A stretch of 64,000 bases of DNA from Pelagomonas calceolata (taxonomy: Eukaryota), in the NCBI GenBank assembly GCA_918797485.1, contig CAKKNE010000002.1, positions 620,001 through 684,000 on the forward strand, in the 5' to 3' direction. Of this stretch, positions 11,407 to 21,058 are shown in pieces (positions within the stretch are counted from its first letter, which is position 1; the number at the start of each line of letters is the position of its first letter). A program made the translations under genes and the position numbers. A model generated the notes under the pieces. It searched no databases. It was not told the origin of the DNA and worked only from the letters and a program-made list of their open reading frames with translations.

Positions 11407-11955
11407 ATGAAGCTCAAGCACCACCAGCAGAAGCTCCTGCGCAAGGTCGACTTCCTCAGTTGGAAGGGCGACAACACGCTCCGCGAGGCGGCGGTCATGC
11501 GCCGCTACCACGTTACTGGTAGAGAGGACTACGTCAAGTATTCGAGATTAGTAGGGCAGGTCACGGCCTTCGTCGCCAAGCTCAAACAACTGAAACCGGA
11601 CGACGAGCAGCGCGCCGATTTATCGGGCCAACTACTACGGAAGCTCTACGCCATGGGTCTGGTGGATTCCGAGTCGTCGCTCGCCAAGGCCGAGAAGGTC
11701 ACGGTGTCGTGCTTCTGCCGGCGGCGCCTGCCCGTGGTGCTGGTGCGGCTGAAGATGGCGCCGTCCGTCAAGGAGGCGTCGAGATTCGTGGAGGACGGCG
11801 ACGTGCGCGTGGGCCCGCGCGTCGTGAGGGACCCGGCCTTCCTCGTCACCAGGTCCATGGAGGACTTCGTGACGTGGGCCGGCGACGCGTCCCAGAAGCG
11901 GCACATTGCCCGGTACTCGAACAAGCTCGACGACTTCGATCTGCTCCAACTCTAG
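11407..11955 (+). CDS. IMP3: U3 small nucleolar ribonucleoprotein IMP3 (S4 domain)
   Basis: MKLKHHQQKLLRKVDFLSWK...RRRLPVVLVRLKMA...VRVGP...DPAFLVTRSMEDFVTW...DDFDLL, the IMP3 signature throughout. Confidence 0.95.
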   Translation: MKLKHHQQKLLRKVDFLSWKGDNTLREAAVMRRYHVTGREDYVKYSRLVGQVTAFVAKLKQLKPDDEQRADLSGQLLRKLYAMGLVDSESSLAKAEKVTVSCFCRRRLPVVLVRLKMAPSVKEASRFVEDGDVRVGPRVVRDPAFLVTRSMEDFVTWAGDASQKRHIARYSNKLDDFDLLQL

Positions 11956-12039
11956 GGCGTGCGGTCACGGAGCCCCCGCGGCGGTCGTGGTGGCTAGGCG
12001 TTCTAGCTCGAAGCAAAGCGACTCTTAAGATATGTGTGG

Positions 12040-12585
12040 TTAGTTCCTCGCCGCCCCGAAGAGCCACGTAGGCAAACGCGGAGCCTTCGCCTTCGAGAGC
12101 AGGAAGCCGAGGAGGAAGGCCCCGAAGACGGCCTCGGGGCTGTATCCCACAGACTTGGGCGACGGCCGCTTCACGAGCCACGCGTCGCCCTCCAACGCGC
12201 GGTAGAAGCACGACCGCCGCGTGCGCCCGTCGGGGCCCCGCGTGTGGCACGCGCCCGTCCGCCGCGGCTTGACGAGATACAGTAAGGAGTTCTGCTCGCA
12301 GTTCACGCGGATCTCGACCAAATCCAACACGTCGCCCGACGTCTCGCCCTTGATCCAGAGCTTGCGCCGCGACGTGCTCCAGAGCACGCAGACGCCGCGC
12401 CGCCGCGCCTCGGCGAGCGCGTGCTCGTTCGCGTACGCCAGGATCAGCATCTCGCGCGTGTCCGCGTCCTGGACCGCCACGGGCACAACATCATCACCGC
12501 ACGTCGCCACCTTGTGCAGCTTGCGCCAGTCGAGCATGAGCTCGCAGCCCTCCTCGAGCTGGTGGTGATCATCGCGCCGGCCCAT
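12040..12585 (-). CDS. hisI: Phosphoribosyl-AMP cyclohydrolase (stand-alone HisI) with hydrophobic C-terminal tail
   Basis: VPVAVQDADTREMLILAYAN, WSTSRRKLWIKGETSG, NCEQNSLL, GACHT...SCFYR. Confidence 0.9.
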   Translation of the reverse strand: MGRRDDHHQLEEGCELMLDWRKLHKVATCGDDVVPVAVQDADTREMLILAYANEHALAEARRRGVCVLWSTSRRKLWIKGETSGDVLDLVEIRVNCEQNSLLYLVKPRRTGACHTRGPDGRTRRSCFYRALEGDAWLVKRPSPKSVGYSPEAVFGAFLLGFLLSKAKAPRLPTWLFGAARN

Positions 12586-12835
12586 GATGCGCGCCGGCGA
12601 TGCGCTGCGCCGCTGCTGCGCCCGTCTCTCTAAGTACGCGTCGCTCGTCTTGACGAACTGATCAGGTGTCGTGGGCCTCGCAGCAGGCGATCACTGGCAT
12701 GCACCGCACGCAAGCTGGTGTGCGTGGGCGGCGGACGATGCCCGGTGGTTGGGTTGGGTACTGGGCACACGATGGCTGCGTCCTTTGGCTAGCAGCAGCG
12801 GACACAGCGGTTCAAGCCTCAGGTAAAAAGCTGAG

Positions 12836-12857
12836 CCAGCGGGCTGTAACACACTAG
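12836..12857 (-). promoter_or_regulatory. CTAG-box upstream motif, copy 4 (variant)
   Basis: Reverse complement ctagtgtgttacagcccgctgg, about 250 bp upstream of the hisI start. Confidence 0.55.
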
Positions 12858-14113
12858 GCATCTCGAACGAACGAGAGCGTTTCCTCACCAAGAGGCCCCG
12901 AGCCCTAGCATCGTAGAAACATGAATCCGGGCAGGCGTGTTCTCTCCAGGGCAGGACGATGACGACGGGGCGACGACGACCGCGTCGCGCCGACGCACGC
13001 CGCCCATAGCACGACCTCCTAGGCACGACGTGTGGAACCCCGCCGCCGCCGTAGAGATCACGGGCGACAGCTCGCGCACCGCCCGGAACACCGCCGTCCG
13101 TCCCTGCACAACAAGAACGGAGCCTTGAGATACTGCGGGTGACGGGTAATAAGCTCTCTGAGTTGAGGCAGCCGTTTTTATCCAGGCTGTTGTTGCCTCA
13201 ACTCCGATATTCGTACAGGCATGGATTGACTTTACTCACTCATGTTCTTCAATCGATTCATACTGGGTGAAGAGGCCAAATAACCCTTCAGGGCTGCGCG
13301 GCACTCCGTGGCGTCCAGCCTGCCCTTCCGAACGACCACGCCAGCGCCCCCTCCGCGCCCGCCGCCCGCGCCGACCCCAGCTCCCACGCATGAATCTCCT
13401 GGGCTAGTCGGCCCTGCTGCCCGCGCCGACCCCAGCTCCCACGCACGAGGAATCTCCGGGGCTAGTGATCGGGAATGGCCGCCGCCACGAACGGGCTGCC
13501 CGAGGACCCGGCCCTGCTGCGCGCGCGCCTCGTCGAGGTCGAGGCGCGCTACGCCCAGAGCCAGGTCCAGTTCCGCGAGCTCCGGACGTGGTACGACAAA
13601 TTGAAGAGGCAGCACCGCGAGCTGCTGTGGTCCGAGGCGGTGCTCGTGCGCGAGGGCCTGGAGGAGGCCATGCCCGGGCCGCCGATCGCGGACGCCGACC
13701 GCGCGAACGGCCACATCGGCGGCGGCTTCGTCCTGCGGCACCACCTCGGCGCCGGCGCGTTCGCCACGGTCTACGCGGCCGTCGACAAGGAAGGGCGCCC
13801 CTGCGCCGTGAAGCGCATCGACAAGTAACACATCAAGTCGCTCGAGTCGCTCCGGAACGTCGCGGGCGAGCTCCGGGCGCTGCGCGCCGCGGTGGGCTGC
13901 CCGAACTTGGTGTGGGTCCGCGGCGTCGTCGCGTCGGAGACGTACCTGTCCTTCGTCATGGAGCTCTTCGGGACGAGCAACCTGCAGGAGGCCGGCGCCG
14001 CGCGGCCGCAAGACGTGCGGCGCGCCGCGCCGCGCTTCGTGCGGGGCGTCGCGAACGGGCTCGCGCACCTGCACGCGCGGCACCTGCACCACCGCGACAT
14101 CAAGCCCGAGAAC

Positions 14114-14325
14114 GTGCTGCTCTGTGCGGAGATCAACTGGTGTGTCGGGTGCACCCGACAATTCTTCAGTAAGTCATTTCTCGGCGATGACGCGGCCGTC
14201 CTGGCTCGGTCGAGCGGCAAGGAATCGGCATCGCCACGCCATCGAGCAGGCATCGCGTCGATGGCGTGGAGGACAACGCGACGATTCAGCACGAACGCGC
14301 CGTAAAAAAATTGATTTCCACACAG
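14114..14325 (+). mobile_element. Full-length introner intron (212 nt; element 14122-14325)
   Basis: TSD gtgctgct/gtgctgtt; TIRs ctgtgcggagatcaa / ttgatttccacacag; absent from copy B; body closely resembles 58020-58220. Confidence 0.95.
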
Positions 14326-14417
14326 GTGCTGTTCGACGGCACCGACGTCAAGCTCTGCGACTTCGGGCTCACCACGCCCTGCCGGCGGGACGCGAGCGGC
14401 GCGCGCCTCCGCTTCCC

Positions 14418-14509
14418 GCAGCGCGCCGTGCGGAAATCAACCAGTGAGTAGTTACGGCGACGACGTCGCGTCGATGGCGTGGGGCGTCCGAAATCTGATT
14501 TTCACACAG
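14418..14509 (+). mobile_element. Internally deleted introner intron (92 nt, GC-AG)
   Basis: Perfect TSD gcagcgcg/gcagcgcg; TIRs ccgtgcggaaatcaa / ctgattttcacacag; absent from copy B; splicing gives FPQRVTGS as in copy B. Confidence 0.92.
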
Positions 14510-15159
14510 GCAGCGCGTGACCGGGAGCCTGGGCTTCTTCGCGCCGGAGATGCTCCATCCCGGGGGCTACGACGGCCCGCCGGCCGACGTCTGGAGCGCG
14601 GGCGTGCTGGCCCTCGAGGTGCTGATCGGCACGCCGGACTTCGACGCCCTGTGGTTCGTGGCCTACAATACGGAGTACAAGCGGGGCACCTTGATGCAGG
14701 ACCGCCGCGCCGACGACGGCGCGGACGTGCACGCCCATTTTTGCGGCGTCCTGGCGCCGATCGTCGACGCCCTCGCCGACGGCGCGACGGCGCTGGGCGC
14801 GCTCGTGGCGCGCCACGCCGCCAACGCCGAAGTCGCCGGCGCGTGCCGCGCCATGCTGCGCCTCGACCCGTCCGCGCGCCCGACAGCGGCCGCGGTCCGC
14901 GACGGCCTCACGACCGAGACGGTCGTGACCGAGCTCTGACCGGGCCTCAATTCCATGTAGAAACAACATGCACATGTCACCGGATCCCATATCTTCGAAT
15001 CATCGTCAATCAAATCCTACTACGTGTATAGAATCGACCCCCATCGACCGACCCCCATACAATTAGACGCGGTCTCGTGCGGACCCTTGGTTCTCGCTGA
15101 CCCCGATGTCCATAATCGTAACTTGAATCTAAACACCCGGTCCACCACCATAACCGTCG

Positions 15160-15980
15160 GAGCCCCCTCCAGCCCCCCCGAGACGTAGGGAGAGGTCGTT
15201 TGAGTGCGGGGAGGAATGTCTCGGTCCAATTTGCGCGAGTCGTTGAAGCGTCAAAGTACGGGAGTGATCGGACGTGAGATGATGAGCAGCTAAATGGTTG
15301 AGCTCTGGCGCGGCCGGAGGAGGGTGCACCGGGCAGTACGCGCGTGCGCGCGTTGCTCTGACTGCCGCCTGCCGTGGGGCAGCCAACGCGGCGGGGAAAA
15401 GGCAGCAGCTTGCCTCCCACGGGAGGTGAGACAAGACAAGTCCGCCGGCCGCTGGGGTAGGGACGGCTGTTCATGCGCCGCAAGCTGGCTCGAGGCCAAT
15501 GACGACGGGTGCTTTTCCGGCGGCGCGAGAGGCGGAGCCTCAGCGCAGTGGAGAGCGACGGCTCCGTCGCCCGCGGGACGTCGGAGGCGCGCATGCGTGA
15601 ACGCCACTCATACCGTTGGTGCGGTGGCGCGACGCGGCCGACGCGAAGATGAATCCTTCGGGACGATGTTCACAGCATGGGTAGCCATTTTCTTTGCGTT
15701 GATTCCCCCGTGTGCTCGCGTCGGCAGCGGCGACCGCGCGTCGGCGAAATTCGGCGCCACCGATGCCGGGGCCAAGGACCAGACCCGTTTGGGTGTGTAG
15801 GCAGTTTTTACTAAGGCCTAGTTTGTGTCTCGTCGTCAGGCTCTTTGTTTGGCTGTTGCGGGGTCGGTGCGGCGCGCCTCGGAGCCCAAGCCGCGCCTTC
15901 GAGCCCCCTCCAGCCCCCCAGAGACGTAGGGAGAGGTCGTTTAAGTGCAGGGAGGAATGTCTCGGTCCAATTTGCGCGAG
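15160..15980. repeat. ~80-bp direct repeat pair (15160-15239, 15901-15980) between the kinase copies
   Basis: gagccccctccagcccccc.gagacgtagggagaggtcgttt.agtgc.gggaggaatgtctcggtccaatttgcgcgag occurs twice with few mismatches. Confidence 0.9.
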
Positions 15981-16265
15981 GTGTAGATTCAAGCGCGAGT
16001 ATCAGCGAGTTTGCTTGTTTTAGGGTCATGTGGGCAAGACGGGGGAATTGGTTCAGCAGACCATCTCAATACCAGTTTTGAAGCCCACGTTTTTTTTTGC
16101 TCGTGTTCTTCAATCAATTCATACTGCGTGAAGAGCGAAGAGCCGCCCTGCCGCGCTGCGCGGCACGCCGTGGACTCCCGACCACGCCAGCGCCCACTCC
16201 GCGCCCGCCGCCCGCGCCGACCCCAGCTCCCACGCACGAGGAATCTCCGGGGCTAGTGATCGGGA

Positions 16266-17774
16266 ATGGCCGCCGCCACGAACGGGCTGCCCGAGGACCC
16301 GGCCCTGCTGCGCGCGCGCCTCGCCGAGGTCGAGGCGCGCTACGCCCAGAGCCAGGTCCAGTTCCGCGAGCTCCGCACCTGGTACGACAAGCTGAAGAGA
16401 CACCACCGCGAGCTGCTGTGGTCCGAGGCGGTGCTCGCGCGCGAGGGCCTGGAGGAGGCCATGCCCGGGCCGCCGATCGCGGACGCCGACCGCGCGAACG
16501 GCCACATCGGCGGCGGCTTCGTCTCGAGCCGCGTGGAAATCAACCAATTTCTCGGCGACGACGCGGCCGTCCTGGCTCGGTCGAGCGGTGGGGACCCCAC
16601 ATCGCCACCCCGTCGAGCAGGCGTCGCGCCAATGGCGTGGAGGACAGGCAGCGCACGATTCAAGAACGCGCCGTAAATTTTGATTTCCACACAGGTCCTG
16701 CGGCACCACCTCGGCGCCGGCGCGTTCGCCACGGTCTACGCGGCCATCGACAAGGAAGGGCGCCCCTGCGCCGTGAAGCGCATCAACAAGTACCACATCA
16801 AGTCGCTCGAGTCGCTCCGGAACGTCGCGGGCGAGCTCCGGGCGCTGCGCGCCGCGGTGGGCTGCCCGAACTTGGTGTGGGTCCGCGGCGTCGTCGCGTC
16901 GGAGACGTACCTGTCCTTCGTCATGGAGCTCTTCGGGACGAGCAACCTGCAGGAGGCCGGCGCCGCGCGGCCGCAAGACGTGCGGCGCGCCGCGCCGCGC
17001 ATCGTGCGGGGCGTCGCGAACGGGCTCGCGCACCTGCACGCGCGGGACATGCACCACCGCGACATCAAGCCCGAGAATGTGCTCTTCGACGGGACCGACG
17101 TTAAATTGTGCGACTTCGGGCTCACGAGGCCGTGCCGGCGGGACGCGAGCGGCGCGCGCCTCTTCTTCCCGCAGCGCGTCACCGGGAGCCTGGGCTTCTT
17201 CGCGCCGGAAATGCTCCATCCTGAGGGCTACGACGGCCCGCCGGCCGACGTCTGGAGCGCGGGCGTGCTGGCCCTCGAGGTGCTGATCATCGCATAAATC
17301 AAATTGTCGCGGCGCGTCTCCGCCACCGCTGAATCGCGGCCGCCACGCCATCGACGCGACGTCAGCACGACGGCGTGGCGGTGTGGTCTCTCACCGACCG
17401 ATTCGGCCAGCACGGCCGCGCGTTCGCCGAGAGACTGATTGATTTGCGCACAGGTCCTCATCGGCACGTCGGACTTTGACGCCCTGTGGTTCGTGGCCTA
17501 CAATACGGAGTACAAGCGGGGCACCTTGATGCAGGACCGCCGCGCCGACGACGGCGCGGACGCGCACGCCCATTTTTGCGGCGTCCTGGCGCCGATCGTC
17601 GACGCCCTCGCCGACGGCGCGACGGCGCTGGGCGCGCTCGTGGCGCGCCACGCCGCCAACGCCGAAGTCGCCGGCGCGTGCCGCGCCATGCTGCGCCTCG
17701 ACCCGTCCGCGCGCCCGACGGCGGCCGCGGTCCGCGACGGCCTCACGACCGAGACGGTCGTGACCGAGCTCTGA
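16266..17774 (+). CDS. Ser/Thr protein kinase, copy B (386 aa) with N-terminal coiled coil; exons 16266-16520, 16695-17279, 17454-17774
   Basis: Intact after splicing: GAGAFATV, AVKR, HRDIKPENVL, LCDFG, GSLGFFAPE, DVWSAG, LDPSARPTA. Confidence 0.9.
16521..16694 (+). mobile_element. Introner intron (174 nt, GT-AG)
   Basis: TIRs ccgcgtggaaatcaa / ttgatttccacacag; TSD gtctcgag (intronic, diverged) / gtcctgcg; absent from copy A. Confidence 0.92.
17280..17453 (+). mobile_element. Introner intron of a second subfamily (174 nt, GT-AG)
   Basis: TSD gtgctgat/gtcctcat; ends catcgcataaatcaaattgtcgcggcgcgtc ... tgatttgcgcacag, shared with 50766-50819; absent from copy A. Confidence 0.9.
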
Positions 17775-18076
17775 CCGGGCCTGAATTTCGTACAACATGC
17801 ACATGTCACCAGATCCCGTATCCTCATCAATCATCCTCTTGACACTGGCAGAATCGACCCCTGCCGACCCCCATATCATACGAAGTATTAGTAATCGTAA
17901 TCTCTAGCCCCGCGGCGGCCGGGTAGCTAGGCGGCCTAGCTCGTAAGGAAGGAATCTAATAGTAAAAACCACCAGAGTGACGACGACTGATTACGCGGGG
18001 GCACAGGGGGGGCGTGTGACAACACAGACAGGCTGTGGAGTGTGCGTTGGGGGCGTGGTGGGTGGGCCTAGGGCCG

Positions 18077-19484
18077 CTAGGCGGCGGCCGGGACGGCGTC
18101 GAAGGAGGCCGGCCGCGTCGGCGGCTCGGCGAGGCCCTCGGGCGCGTGGATAGGTGATGGCGACGTCGGCGAGTCGGGCTCGCGCGGCCGGGAGAGGTCG
18201 ACGCTCGTCTGGACGCGGAGGCCGCGCGCCGCGGCGCCGAGTTTGTCGGATTCCGTGGAATCGATGCGCGAGAGCGTGACGCGCTTGCGGCGGCCGCAGG
18301 GGCGGCGGTGAGGCATGGGCGTGTCGGAGAAGGAGCGCCGCGCGGAGTCGTAGGTGAGCCGCAGCAACTTCCGCGCGCCGCCCTCCGCGTTCGGCAGGAC
18401 GAGGTCGAAGTACGCGGCCTCGCAGAGCTGGTCCACCGTCGCGCGCCGCGCCGGCTCCAAATCCAAGAGCTGCTCGACCAACATACGTAGCGCGGGCGAC
18501 GGCGCGCACTGCGTCGAGCCGAGCTTGACCTGGAGCACGGTCTCCGAAACGGCGTCGCGAAACGCCTCGTCGTCGTGCAAGTGGTCGTAGGGCGGGCACC
18601 ACAGGTTCGTGAAGACCTCGTGGCCCAAGAGCATCTCGAGCATGACGCAGCCCAGCGACCAGACGTCCGCGCGCTTGCCGCAGTACGACTTCGCGAGGAG
18701 TAGCTCGGGCGCGAAGAAGCCCGGCGAGCCCACGAAGTCCGTGAGATTCTCTCCCGAACTGACGTCCGCACAGAGCCCGAAGTCGCAGAGCTTGACGACG
18801 CCGCGCTTCCTCGGGTCGACGTTCTGCTCGTGGGCCGCCCAGGTGTCGGGCGTGCCCATGACCAGGACGTTTTCTGGTTTCAAATCTCTATGAGCAATAC
18901 CCTGCGCGTGGCAGTGGCGCAGGCCCAGCGCCGCAATCCTCATGACGCTCCGCACCACGTCTTCCGTGCAGCCGTCCTTGTAGTCGTCTAAGAACGCGTA
19001 CAAATCTCGGTCGCCCCGCTCCAACACCAAGTACACATGCTGCGGGCTCTGGATGACGTCGTACAGTCGCACGACCGCCGCGTGCGAGAAGCGCTTCAGA
19101 GCCCTAACCTCGGTGTCGACGCGCTTGATGTTGCGCTTCGCCTTGTGTAAGGACGCGTGGCGCTGGACCCGTTCCTTCCGGATGGCCTTGCAGGCGAACT
19201 TTTTGGAGCGGTCCTCCCTCTCGACGCACTCGAACACCTGCGCGAACTCGCCCTCGCCTGTGCGAAGAAGGGTGAGATAGTTCTAATGATGTGAACGTAC
19301 CGAGCTTGCGCGTGAGCTCGAAGCGGCCCAAGTTCATACCTCTGCGGACCTGCTCGCCGCTCAATTTGGGGTCGATGGGCGGCAGGTGCTTTTGCTGCTG
19401 CCAGGTGCTCAGGAGCGTCGAGGCCGCGCCGTCGGGCGCGGGCTTCGTCGCCCCGGCGGGCCGCGGCCGGCGGAAGGGCGCCAT
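18077..19484 (-). CDS. CAMK-type Ser/Thr protein kinase (454 aa); exons 19484-19301, 19257-18077
   Basis: Splicing rebuilds the Gly loop RKLG|EGEFAQV; ACKAI, HRDLKPENVL, LCDFG, GSPGFFAPE, DVWSLG. Confidence 0.92.
19258..19300 (-). other. Short GT-AG intron (43 nt)
   Basis: g|GTACGT...ttcttcgcacAG|gc; needed for the kinase Gly-rich loop; no clear TIR or TSD. Confidence 0.85.
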
Positions 19485-19768
19485 CGCGGCAGCCCCCCCG
19501 TCGATCGGGCGCGGGGTGGCCGCGCTCCCGGACTGGAAGCTTGGTCATGCGCCTTCGAGCCTTGGCTGCCCTTTTTGTTTTTTAGCGGCCTGCGACGATC
19601 AGTGCTCCGAGGGCGGTTCGGACGTCCCGAGGGCCCCCGTGCATCGGTGGACCTGGGTTTCACGGCGCGCGGTGCCTGCCCGCGGCTCCGCGGCCTCCGC
19701 CCATTCGTCCTAGCTTCGTGACAGCAGAGGGACCCGAGTGCTAGGCGCATGTTCGTTCAGGCCCTTAC

Positions 19769-20659
19769 TCAGAGCCCCCCCGGTCGCCCGAGTCCACCAC
19801 TACTCCCGAACGCGGGCTCCGTCGAGAAGCCGTCGAGCGGGTTCTCGATCTTCGGGAGCCGCACGCCGCCCTGCTCCTCGAAGCGGTAGTCCGACGCGGG
19901 CTCCGCCCTTAGTTTCGTGGGCCGCGTCCCGTCGACGCGGAACGTCGACGCGACGCGGCGCGCGGCGTCGGCGCCGCCCTGGTTCCAGCGCGCCTCGGAC
20001 GCCGACGCTACGAGTACGAGCACGTCCGGCGACCCCTCGGCCTGCGTCGCCGCGAGGACGGCGCGCCGCGGCGTCGTCGCGCCGCCGGGCGTGATCGCGG
20101 AGAACGCGAGGTCGACGGTCCTCACGTCGCCCTTCGTGACGTCGTTGCTCACGATCACGTCCGTCGGCGGGCCGAAGGCGCCGTACCTCCCGTCCGTCGC
20201 GAGGATCTTCGACGCCAGCGCTTTGCCATCTAAACTACTCTTGGGCGCCGCGATGACGTGCAGGTACGCCGAGTCGCCCGTCTTCGCGCGGGCCTCGACG
20301 TCGTAGTAGAAGCCCTTGGCCAGTTTCAGCTCCGGCGCCGCGAAGGCGACTTTGGCGAGGACGCCGTTCGTCAGGACGACGTCTGCCGCCACGACGCCGG
20401 CGGCACTATTAGGAGCCTCCGCGAGGACGACGCCGGTGTAGGGCCGGCTCTTGCCCGAGATCGAGCCCGCGCCGAGGTTGGCGGCGCGCTGCGACCCCGT
20501 GGCGTCGGCGTAGCTTCCTATATCGGATGACGTGCGCATCATCTGCTCCGCAGCGTTGGCGGGCAGGGCGCAGCCCAGGGGTGCCGTTACTAACCAACGG
20601 CGTCGGAGGTCGAGCGCCGCCGCCGTTTGGAATGCAATTAGCATCCATGCGCGGGCCAT
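19769..20659 (-). CDS. Plastid/thylakoid-targeted PsbP-domain-like protein
   Basis: Signal peptide, RRR motif and AxA (PANA) leader; C-terminal LVLVASASEARW...RRVASTFRV resembles the end of the PsbP fold. Confidence 0.6.
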   Translation of the reverse strand: MARAWMLIAFQTAAALDLRRRWLVTAPLGCALPANAAEQMMRTSSDIGSYADATGSQRAANLGAGSISGKSRPYTGVVLAEAPNSAAGVVAADVVLTNGVLAKVAFAAPELKLAKGFYYDVEARAKTGDSAYLHVIAAPKSSLDGKALASKILATDGRYGAFGPPTDVIVSNDVTKGDVRTVDLAFSAITPGGATTPRRAVLAATQAEGSPDVLVLVASASEARWNQGGADAARRVASTFRVDGTRPTKLRAEPASDYRFEEQGGVRLPKIENPLDGFSTEPAFGSSGGLGRPGGL

Positions 20660-21058
20660 GGTCTCTGTTGCTCTCAGACTCTTTGAGAGCACTGCAGTTA
20701 CGGCTCCCTCAAGACGTCGCGAGCGCAAGCACGCCGGCTCGCAGGTTCACCCTGGACAGAATGACGCTGTAGAACCGCTCCGCGCGTCCGCAGGAGCTGA
20801 TCCTGAGGTCAGTCTCGAGCTCAGCCGCGGCGCCTTGGTGTGGCGCGGGTTTTTGGCGTAACGATGGGTCGCGCAGATCGCCAGGACAATGTGCACGTCT
20901 CCTTCGGCTTTCCTGATCTTTATTCAAATCAAGGCGTCGGGCGCTGCGCCAGCAAATTCGAGCAGGCAGGCCGGGGCAGCAGACCGATGAGACGCAGTGC
21001 TGGCGCTGGCATGGCTGCCCAACAAGCATAACACAATGGAAAGTATGACTCATCACTA

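Larger units (their letters stand above)
13475..14939 (+). pseudogene. Ser/Thr protein kinase, copy A; exons 13475-14113, 14326-14417, 14510-14939; premature TAA at 13826-13828
   Basis: Spliced length is 1161 nt, the same as copy B. GAGAFA, HRDIKPEN, LCDFG, GSLGFFAPE and DVWSAG are present, but copy B's TAC (Tyr) is TAA here. Confidence 0.8.
13243..17875 (+). repeat. Tandem duplication of a kinase locus (~13243-15059 and ~16104-17875)
   Basis: Shared 5' flank (tgttcttcaatc.attcatactg.gtgaagag), near-identical coding sequence and shared 3' flank (acaacatgcacatgtcacc.gatccc, gaatcgaccc). Confidence 0.95.

Noticed and set aside
13160..13204. Hairpin as a SECIS element or TPP riboswitch
   Set aside because: No UGA/GA quartet or TPP core motifs, and no in-frame TGA selenoprotein candidate nearby.
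12691..13240. Possible spliced minus-strand gene (gtgagt...ttgtgcag) upstream of hisI
   Set aside because: No convincing reading frame or recognisable motif after splicing.
13826..13828. Recoded stop or alternative genetic code
   Set aside because: TAA ends other genes in the window normally, and the paralog has TAC.
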